Virus record (IMG/VR): IMGVR_UViG_3300025435_001056
Coordinates: 112,633-176,632 of that record
DNA from: a virus
DNA: 64,000 nucleotides
Direction: 5' to 3' (one strand)
Below, in pieces: positions 56,760-64,000 of the stretch (the first letter of the stretch is position 1; every line of letters starts with the position of its first letter). The notes under the pieces were generated by a model. That model had not been told where the DNA came from. It saw nothing but the letters and a program-made list of their open reading frames with translations, and made no database searches. A program made the translations under genes and the position numbers.

Positions 56760-58114
56760 AAAAAGTCTAGGCCGCCGCAGTTTTCTAAAAACATAGGCAC
56801 AGGTGTTTTAGATCTTAACGTATTTTTAAAATCGTTGCTGTGATTCTGACACCAGGCGTTGGTACGATAGAACATCAAGTAATCCATCTTAAATGCATTG
56901 CTGGTCCACACATAGACACCCTGTTTGCTGTCAACAACCAGTTGTAAAATTTGATCTGCAGCCGTGTTATCGAGCAAATTTAGATTCACGTAATGGTGAT
57001 CCATATTTCTGTATCGTTGCCACAGGGCAGTAAATTCTTCTCGGGTCATGCCGGCATTGCTCAGGAACCAGGTCAAATTATTGTCAATTGAATTATATGT
57101 AAAATAGATAGGAGCATAGTCAGGATGTTGATTTCTAAAATCAGCAAATACCGATTCAAAACTGTCAAAATCTCCTGACCAGTTGTCAATCAAATGCCGT
57201 TGCCAATCCAAAGCAGCCTGACTGATATCAAACAGATAAATTTTAGAGTCGGCGGCAAAGTTTGTCTGTCCAGCAATGCAGGCTGGTTTCAAACCACCAC
57301 ACACACCTACAAAACAATCCATCGGCACAGTTCGGGCATTTTCATTGGCTTGCAAGTGCTCGGTATTCAGCACATAATAACCAACCTGCAGATTTTTAGT
57401 CAAATAGTCCAGTGCTTGTTTAAACCACCACAACGGACCATTGGTATCTTCAGGTACATGAGTGGGATCATTTATTATTTGTACCAGACCATCGTGACAG
57501 AATTCTGGATAACAGTGATTTTTCTTGTTTCTCACTTCGTTAGGAATATTAGTTATACTGTGACCGTTGCGTACAAATCCAGCTATGACTTCTAGTCCAA
57601 AGTAACCAAGATCACTAGTATATGTGGTCAAGTCTTCTGAGGACGGTCTCACCCACCAAGGAGTATAGTCATCATGCACATTGTCTGGGCATCGTTCTGT
57701 AGTCCTGGTAACAATTTCAACCGGACCAGGAGTCCACTCAAACGGCGGACTACCAATGGCTGTATAGGCCGCCAGATCAATAGCAAACCATTGCGGATGC
57801 AGGTGATAGTAGCCGCCGCGATCTAATATATGGCAGGCCAAGGGACTGTTTTCATTCTTGGCATGTTCAATAGTTTTGAACAACAAGGTTTGATCTTGTA
57901 AAAAGTTACCGGCGGTGACCACAACTGCCCAGGCAAAATTGCCGGCTAGTTGTTGCAAAGTTGCGGTAATGGTTTTGGTATGAAATATGTTCAGACGATA
58001 CTTTCCATTTAATTTAAAATCAGTAAAGTCAATTAAATTTTGTGCAATATCATCACATTCAGGTTTTAAATCATTGTACAACACCACGGCAATTTCTGGG
58101 TAATCGTTATTCAT
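56747..58114 (-). CDS. Hypothetical protein
   Basis: 455-aa ORF; minus-strand TAAATA at 58155-58160. Confidence 0.7.
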   Translation of the reverse strand: MNNDYPEIAVVLYNDLKPECDDIAQNLIDFTDFKLNGKYRLNIFHTKTITATLQQLAGNFAWAVVVTAGNFLQDQTLLFKTIEHAKNENSPLACHILDRGGYYHLHPQWFAIDLAAYTAIGSPPFEWTPGPVEIVTRTTERCPDNVHDDYTPWWVRPSSEDLTTYTSDLGYFGLEVIAGFVRNGHSITNIPNEVRNKKNHCYPEFCHDGLVQIINDPTHVPEDTNGPLWWFKQALDYLTKNLQVGYYVLNTEHLQANENARTVPMDCFVGVCGGLKPACIAGQTNFAADSKIYLFDISQAALDWQRHLIDNWSGDFDSFESVFADFRNQHPDYAPIYFTYNSIDNNLTWFLSNAGMTREEFTALWQRYRNMDHHYVNLNLLDNTAADQILQLVVDSKQGVYVWTSNAFKMDYLMFYRTNAWCQNHSNDFKNTLRSKTPVPMFLENCGGLDFFQPM

Positions 58115-58193
58115 ATCAAATTCTAAGTTATTAATTGGTAATCAGTGATCTGAATATTTATTTTGATTGGATTTACCAAAAATAAAAAATCTC

Positions 58194-58221
58194 TTGCTTT
58201 CTTTAAAAAATGTTGTATAAT
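58194..58221 (+). promoter_or_regulatory. sigma70-type promoter
   Basis: TTGCTT-N16-TATAAT. Confidence 0.6.
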
Positions 58222-58246
58222 AGTACAACTTACTTAGGAGAACCAA

Positions 58247-58510
58247 ATGTCTAACAACAGAACTTTTAACACAGCGGAACAGGCCAAACTTACCCAAATT
58301 ATCAACGAAGGTATGCAAGTCACCATGGAGATTGAAACACTCACAGGTGGACTTAATGATACTATCAAAGCCGTAGCAGAAGAATTAGACATCAAACCCA
58401 ATATTCTTAAGAAGGCTATCAAGTTGGCACACAAGAGCGAATTTGGTCGTGAACAACAGGATCACGAATTATTAGAAACAATTTTGACCACAGTGGGGAA
58501 AACACTCTAA
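58247..58510 (+). CDS. Small dsDNA-binding protein (T4 DsbA/GapR-like)
   Basis: Helical pattern DTIKAVAEELDIKPNILKKAIKLAHK; AGGAG RBS; located upstream of the polymerase. Confidence 0.65.
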   Translation: MSNNRTFNTAEQAKLTQIINEGMQVTMEIETLTGGLNDTIKAVAEELDIKPNILKKAIKLAHKSEFGREQQDHELLETILTTVGKTL

Positions 58511-58513
58511 TTA

Positions 58514-59290
58514 ATGCCAGCAGATATCCTTGTCAAATATTGCGGGTTTCCAGCTCTAGAGATTGAACTAGATGCCAGTTCTGTGCGTGATAGCTACAAG
58601 GAACTGGTTAGGAAAAACAGCCAACAGCCGGCCATCAGCAGAGATCCTTGTCGTTACACCGTGGACTATCTGCAACAGCTGGCTCTAGAAGCTCGCACAG
58701 TGCTGGGATGGGATTGGATCGAAGATTCGTACGATCTTAATACCACAACTAAACTGCACAAGGACATAGAAACTTATCTAGCTCGTGGGTTTGAAAATAT
58801 ACCCGAAGAGCATGATCACTTATGTCATGAACTGCACTACGCGATACATGCTGTGCAGGCCGGCAACACTAGAGGCGAGTGGATACAGGTCGAATGGTTC
58901 AATGATGATTCGATCGCTATGCCGGACGATCTTGGGTTCTCGTGCAATCTAAAGTTTGGCGATGTAAAACTGCAAAATCCTTACGTGGGACATGATCCGG
59001 CTTTTCTTACCATGCAGAATGATTTTGACAATGTAGCACAGACCTGCAGGTTTCACGACATTATAAAACCCGGTATCAATATCATGATACGACCATATGC
59101 ATTTAACCCTGATAAAAATTACCTGCCTCGATTGAAAAGCCATGCACCAGAGTGGTTTGAACAACACGGAGCCGAACGCATAATGAGATATACCGGTTGG
59201 CCTTGTGTGGGATCTGTGTTAAACTTAGATGTGTTACAAGACATAGCCAACAGCCCGGTATTTGAGTTGAAAAATGTTACAGTGGTATAA
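58514..59290 (+). CDS. Hypothetical protein (His-rich, possibly metal-binding)
   Basis: LHKDIE..HELHYAIH. Confidence 0.65.
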   Translation: MPADILVKYCGFPALEIELDASSVRDSYKELVRKNSQQPAISRDPCRYTVDYLQQLALEARTVLGWDWIEDSYDLNTTTKLHKDIETYLARGFENIPEEHDHLCHELHYAIHAVQAGNTRGEWIQVEWFNDDSIAMPDDLGFSCNLKFGDVKLQNPYVGHDPAFLTMQNDFDNVAQTCRFHDIIKPGINIMIRPYAFNPDKNYLPRLKSHAPEWFEQHGAERIMRYTGWPCVGSVLNLDVLQDIANSPVFELKNVTVV

Positions 59291-59370
59291 CACTATGATA
59301 ATTACAGTATGAGTCGCTCACATCACGAGCATGAATCAAGGTCAGTGGGCCATAAGCCACAAGGAGAACG

Positions 59371-62025
59371 ATGTATATTGACGCCTTATTTGATCGTGAA
59401 CACGATCGCATACATGTAGTTGAGCGCAGAGATAGCGAGCGAAAATATTGCGAGTATCCGGCCAACTATGTTTTTTATTATCAAGATCCTCGTGGTAAAT
59501 TTCAAAGTATATTTGGGACACCAGTCAGTAGATTTTCAACTCGCAACAACAAAGAGTTTCGCAAAGAACTCAAAATGCAGTCCAGCAAACGATTGTTTGA
59601 AAGCGATATCAACCCAGTGTTCCGTTGTCTTGAAGACAACTACAAAGGTCAAGATGCACCCAAACTAAATGTAGCGTTCTTTGACATTGAGGTTGACTTT
59701 GATCCTGATCGTGGATTTAGTCGACCCGAAGATCCATTCAACCCTATCACAGCTATTAGTGTCTACTTACAATGGTTGGAACAACTAGTGACTCTGGTAA
59801 TTCCGCCCAAACATATGAGTGCCGAAACTGCCAAAGAAATTGCCGGGCAGTTTGAGAATACTGTTGTATTCACCGACGAAGGTGAAATGTTAAAAACATT
59901 CCTGGATCTCATTGAAGATGCTGATGCATTGTCTGGGTGGAATAGCGAAGGCTTTGATATACCGTACACTATTAATCGTGTCACCCGTGTGCTCAGCCGA
60001 GATGACACACGAAGATTTTGTTTATGGAATCAATATCCTAAAAAGCGTACCTTTGAACGTTTTGGTGCGGAAAACGAAACATACGATTTGATTGGTCGTG
60101 TACACATGGACTATATGCAACTGTATAGAAAATATACCTATGAAGAACGGCACAGTTATAGTTTAGATGCCATTGGCGAATACGAGTTAGAAGAATCAAA
60201 AACTGCTTTTGAAGGTACCCTAGATCAGCTGTATAATCAAAACTTCAAAACATTTATTGAATATAACAGACAAGATACATTACTGTTAGCCAAGCTGGAC
60301 AAAAAGTTAAAGTTCTTGGATCTTGCCAACACACTGGCACATGAAAATACAGTGCTGTTGCAAACCACCATGGGTGCTGTAGCTGTAACTGAACAGGCCA
60401 TCATCAATGAAGCACACGAACGTGGTATGGTAGTGCCCAACAGGAAAGAGCGGTATAGTGACGAAGATACACAGGCTGCAGGTGCTTATGTTGCTTACCC
60501 AAGAAAAGGAATCCACGAATATGTTGGATCAATAGATATCAATAGTCTGTACCCATCTGCAATTCGCGCACTCAACATGGGACCCGAAACCATTGTTGGG
60601 CAACTGCGCCCTGTCATGACAGATCGATATATTGCTGATAAGATGCGTGCAGGATCAAGTTTTGCTGCCGCATGGGAAGGTTTATTTGCCACGCTAGAAT
60701 ATACAGCAGTAATGGAAATGCAGACCGGTACAGAAGTCACGGTGGATTGGCAAGATGGTGAAGAAAGCGTACACAGTGCTGCAGAAGTATGGAAGATTGT
60801 GTTTGACTCGAATCGACCCTGGATGATCAGTGCCAATGGCACGATCTTCACCTATGAACGAGAAGCAGTAATTCCCGGACTACTTAAACGCTGGTATGCT
60901 GAACGTAAAGAGATGCAGGCCAGACTCAAGGAGGCAAAAAATGCAGAAGACGAGGAATACTGGGACAAGCGACAGTTGGTTAAAAAAATCAATCTTAACA
61001 GTCTCTATGGTGCTATCCTTAATCCTGGTTGTAGATTTTTTGATAAACGCATCGGACAAAGTACCACACTAACCGGACGCAGCATTGCCAAACACATGGA
61101 CGCCTATGTGAACGAATGTATCACCGGTCAGTATGACCATGTAGGAGAAGCAATCATTTACGGTGACACTGACTCTTGTTATTTCACTGCCTATCCTGTA
61201 CTCAAAGATGATATAGAAAAGGGTAACATGACCTGGAGTCGTGAAACCGCAGTTCAGTTATATAATTCAATTGCTGACCAAGTCAATGACAGTTTTCCAG
61301 GATTCATGGAGACTGCATTCCATGTGCCTAGAGAAATGGGATCAGTGATTCGTGGCGGTCGAGAGATTGTAGCTTCAAAAGGCCTGTTTATCACCAAGAA
61401 GCGATATGCTGTCTTGTACTATGATAAAGAAAATAAACGGGTAGATACCCACGGTTTACCTGGCAAGGTCAAGGCCATGGGTTTAGATTTAAAAAGATCA
61501 GACACCCCCAAAGTAATTCAAGATTTTTTAAGCGAGATTTTAAATGATGTCCTGATCGGCAGTACTCGAGATCAAATTATTCAAAAAATTCGAGAGTTTA
61601 AATATAAATTCAAAGAGCGTCCGGGTTGGGAAAAAGGCAGTCCCAAACGTGTCAACAATTTGACCAAGTACGCCAAAGAAGAAGAACGCCTAGGCAAAGC
61701 CAACATGCCAGGACATGTACGTGCGGCCATTAACTGGAACAATCTACGCCGAATGAACAGTGACAAATATAGTCTACAAATTGTTGACGGTATGAAAACC
61801 ATTGTATGCAAACTAAAACAAAATCCTCTGGGTTGGACCAGTATCGGATATCCCACAGATGAATTGCACCTACCACAGTGGTTTAAAGATTTGCCGTTTG
61901 ATGATTCAGAAATGGAAGCCACAGTGGTAGATCAAAAATTGGATAATTTGCTAAGTGTGCTAGAATGGGATCTAGCAAGTGCTACCAATACCGAAAATAC
62001 TTTTCAAGCATTATTTGAGTGGTGA
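59371..62025 (+). CDS. gp43: Family B DNA polymerase (T4 gp43-like)
   Basis: Exonuclease FFDIE, GWNSEGFDIPY, YNRQD; polymerase DINSLYPS, KINLNSLYG, YGDTDS, KKRY. Confidence 0.97.
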   Translation: MYIDALFDREHDRIHVVERRDSERKYCEYPANYVFYYQDPRGKFQSIFGTPVSRFSTRNNKEFRKELKMQSSKRLFESDINPVFRCLEDNYKGQDAPKLNVAFFDIEVDFDPDRGFSRPEDPFNPITAISVYLQWLEQLVTLVIPPKHMSAETAKEIAGQFENTVVFTDEGEMLKTFLDLIEDADALSGWNSEGFDIPYTINRVTRVLSRDDTRRFCLWNQYPKKRTFERFGAENETYDLIGRVHMDYMQLYRKYTYEERHSYSLDAIGEYELEESKTAFEGTLDQLYNQNFKTFIEYNRQDTLLLAKLDKKLKFLDLANTLAHENTVLLQTTMGAVAVTEQAIINEAHERGMVVPNRKERYSDEDTQAAGAYVAYPRKGIHEYVGSIDINSLYPSAIRALNMGPETIVGQLRPVMTDRYIADKMRAGSSFAAAWEGLFATLEYTAVMEMQTGTEVTVDWQDGEESVHSAAEVWKIVFDSNRPWMISANGTIFTYEREAVIPGLLKRWYAERKEMQARLKEAKNAEDEEYWDKRQLVKKINLNSLYGAILNPGCRFFDKRIGQSTTLTGRSIAKHMDAYVNECITGQYDHVGEAIIYGDTDSCYFTAYPVLKDDIEKGNMTWSRETAVQLYNSIADQVNDSFPGFMETAFHVPREMGSVIRGGREIVASKGLFITKKRYAVLYYDKENKRVDTHGLPGKVKAMGLDLKRSDTPKVIQDFLSEILNDVLIGSTRDQIIQKIREFKYKFKERPGWEKGSPKRVNNLTKYAKEEERLGKANMPGHVRAAINWNNLRRMNSDKYSLQIVDGMKTIVCKLKQNPLGWTSIGYPTDELHLPQWFKDLPFDDSEMEATVVDQKLDNLLSVLEWDLASATNTENTFQALFEW

Positions 62026-62026
62026 T

Positions 62027-63091
62027 ATGAAAAAACTCAGTGAACTTGTTGCTTACAAAAACGAACTAGATCGTTTATCTACAGAATCTGCACGGACCAC
62101 TACCAACACAGAACTGAGTAAAATTACTCATGTGACACAGTCAGATCAACTAACAAAACAACTGGCCCAACTTGATAGTGATTTTGTAAAATTTCAGGAC
62201 ACATTTAATCAAATCAGACAAGATCTGCAGGATCAAATTTCTGAGGCAGAACGACCTTGGATTGTGGATGCTTATCGTCGTTACGACCAGGGCGAAGCCG
62301 ATCATGCCGAGGATATTCTTAATTTGCGACAAGCCAACTCGATTGATTCTACACCATTTCGTACCAAACTAACACAGTATGCTGATTGGAAATATCCAGC
62401 CATGATCATTCGACCCGGTTTAGAATCATTTATTGACGACATGGTGGCCTATGATCCGCTTTATTTGATAGATCTGTCCTATGATTTTCTACGTCCAGCA
62501 ATGGACAAGTTTAATGAACGCTATCAAAATCGTCTTAGACCCTACGTGGTTCGAGAGGACCCGGATGCAGAAATATTAAAACAATTGCCCGATTCACAGT
62601 TTGGATTGTGTTTGGCCTTTAACTATTTTAATTTTAGACCGTTTGCAATAATCAAAAAATATCTAGAAGAAGTTTACCAAAAGCTCAAACCTGGTGGCAC
62701 TTTTGTGTTTACTTTCAACGACTGTGATCGACGCAGCGCTGTAGAACTGGTCGAAAATTATTATTGTTGTTACACCCCGGGTCACCTAGTACGTGAATTG
62801 GTTACTACAGTGGGCTACAACATTGTGTATTCTTGGAACGATAGTGGACCTACCACTTGGCTCGAAGTACAACGGCCCGGCACCTTAAATTCTTTAAAAG
62901 GTGGACAAACTCTGGCTAAGATATTACCAATACCCGAACCAGAACCAGAGCCATCAGCGGATATCACAACTCTAAACAATCTTAGATTGCAAGTATTGGC
63001 ATTGAATCTATACAACCCCGATCATGTCAAATACGGCTTTGGAGAAGCCAAACTAAGAGCAATATTGGCCGAACAGGACAAGGAAAATTAA
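62027..63091 (+). CDS. Coiled coil plus class I methyltransferase-like domain protein
   Basis: LPDSQFGLCLAFNYFNF..VYQKLKPGGTFVFT; start at ATG 62027. Confidence 0.6.
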   Translation: MKKLSELVAYKNELDRLSTESARTTTNTELSKITHVTQSDQLTKQLAQLDSDFVKFQDTFNQIRQDLQDQISEAERPWIVDAYRRYDQGEADHAEDILNLRQANSIDSTPFRTKLTQYADWKYPAMIIRPGLESFIDDMVAYDPLYLIDLSYDFLRPAMDKFNERYQNRLRPYVVREDPDAEILKQLPDSQFGLCLAFNYFNFRPFAIIKKYLEEVYQKLKPGGTFVFTFNDCDRRSAVELVENYYCCYTPGHLVRELVTTVGYNIVYSWNDSGPTTWLEVQRPGTLNSLKGGQTLAKILPIPEPEPEPSADITTLNNLRLQVLALNLYNPDHVKYGFGEAKLRAILAEQDKEN

Positions 63092-63151
63092 CCATAACAG
63101 TTGTAAAATCTAAATAACCCCTGTACAATAAACAAATAAGGAGAATTACCC

Positions 63152-63874
63152 ATGAGAGATCATTTATTGGATTTAGTAGAACACACATACGATCTAGGTT
63201 GCATTGACCTGGTCAAAATTACCGGCGACGACAAGGCCACATCTATTGCAGGACTGGCTGAGGACAAGAGCCTTATTGTAAACGGTGAGTTTGCAGGACC
63301 TGTTGCTGATTTCATTGGCACTTTTGGCATGCCAAATCTAAACAAGTTGAAGATTTTATTGAACTTGGAACCCTACAGAGAAAAAGCCAAGTTGACTATT
63401 ACTCGCAAGGATACCGGTGCACTGGATCAGTTGACTTTTGAAAATGCCGAAGGCGACTTTAAGAACAGTTATCGTTTTATGGCCACAGAAATTATCAATG
63501 GCAAACTCAAAGATGTCAAAATGAAACCAGTTACTTGGAATGTGGAATTTGTACCCACAGTGGCCTCTATTCAACGACTCAAGATGCAGGCCAGTGCCAA
63601 TGCCGAAGAAACCAATTTCAAAGCCCGCACCGATGGAACAGATTTAAAATTTTATTTTGGTGATCACTCAACTCATGCCGGTAATTTTGTGTTTCAGGCC
63701 AATGTGGGCGGACAACTCAAGCGTGAGTGGTCTTGGCCAGTAAAAGTTGTGATCAGCATTTTGGATTTGACCGGTGACAAGACCATGCGCATCAGCGACG
63801 AAGGCGTGGCTGAGATTACCGTCAACAGCGGTGTTGGTGTTTATACTTACAAAATTCCAGCACAATCTAAGTAA
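63152..63874 (+). CDS. gp45: Putative sliding clamp (T4 gp45-like)
   Basis: 240 aa, two-domain beta/alpha pattern, MRISDEG..ITV..YTYKIPA ending; near polymerase; AGGAG RBS. Confidence 0.65.
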   Translation: MRDHLLDLVEHTYDLGCIDLVKITGDDKATSIAGLAEDKSLIVNGEFAGPVADFIGTFGMPNLNKLKILLNLEPYREKAKLTITRKDTGALDQLTFENAEGDFKNSYRFMATEIINGKLKDVKMKPVTWNVEFVPTVASIQRLKMQASANAEETNFKARTDGTDLKFYFGDHSTHAGNFVFQANVGGQLKREWSWPVKVVISILDLTGDKTMRISDEGVAEITVNSGVGVYTYKIPAQSK

Positions 63875-63877
63875 CCA

Positions 63878-64000
63878 ATGTCTCAGGATAATTTAACTGT
63901 CAAACAGTCAGACTACGCCGTCTTCCTTCCAGCCATTTCGGGCTTTTATGCTACCTTTGTAGGCAAACAGCGTGATCCGGTCAATGGACCTTATGTAGAT
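63878..64000 (+). CDS. Partial CDS running off the window end (MSQDNLTVKQSDYAVFLPAISGFY...)
   Basis: Open frame from ATG 63878 to the window edge. Confidence 0.65.
   Translation, partial: MSQDNLTVKQSDYAVFLPAISGFYATFVGKQRDPVNGPYVD

Noticed and set aside
59371-62025. Intein or intron in the DNA polymerase or ClpA
   Set aside because: Lengths and motif spacing are normal; no splicing motifs
1-64000. Stop-codon reassignment as seen in some large phages
   Set aside because: Long conserved genes are intact under the standard code and TAA, TAG and TGA all end genes
1-64000. CRISPR array, diversity-generating retroelement or retron
   Set aside because: No regularly spaced repeats, cas genes or reverse transcriptase motifs seen
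63878-64000. Assigning the terminal partial ORF as a tRNA-guanine transglycosylase-like DNA modification gene
   Set aside because: Only 41 codons are visible, with no catalytic motif to support the call

Overview
The window is a 64-kb slice of a large T4-like (jumbo) lytic bacteriophage genome. It uses the standard genetic code and almost all genes lie on the + strand. A betaproteobacterial host is plausible from the ErpA, Bug/TctC and DUF4214 genes, but this is inference only. In order it contains: (1) early genes behind repeated sigma70-type promoter cassettes; (2) SleB hydrolase, IF1, SOD, HNH and ErpA; (3) a tail fibre/baseplate block; (4) a DnaE fragment, GroES, clamp loader and PhoH; (5) a compact, translationally coupled cluster of diiron enzyme, GATase, TctC-like binding protein, sulfotransferase-like proteins, an oxygenase and a PAPS synthase-like fusion; (6) DnaJ and ClpA; (7) a ~14-kb late block of modular proteins with capsid-targeting-like N-termini and recurring hydrophobic-x-Glu junctions between effector domains (nucleotidyltransferase, metallopeptidase, amidoligase, GNATs, deaminase, ParB-like); (8) family B DNA polymerase and sliding clamp. 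The most notable candidates are the protease-processed virion effector polyproteins, the sulfation/oxidation gene cluster, two structured ncRNA candidates (about 7200-7450 and 55283-55375), widespread leaderless gene starts, and an IF1 gene that apparently starts at ATA. All function calls come from motif recognition by eye; no database searches were run.
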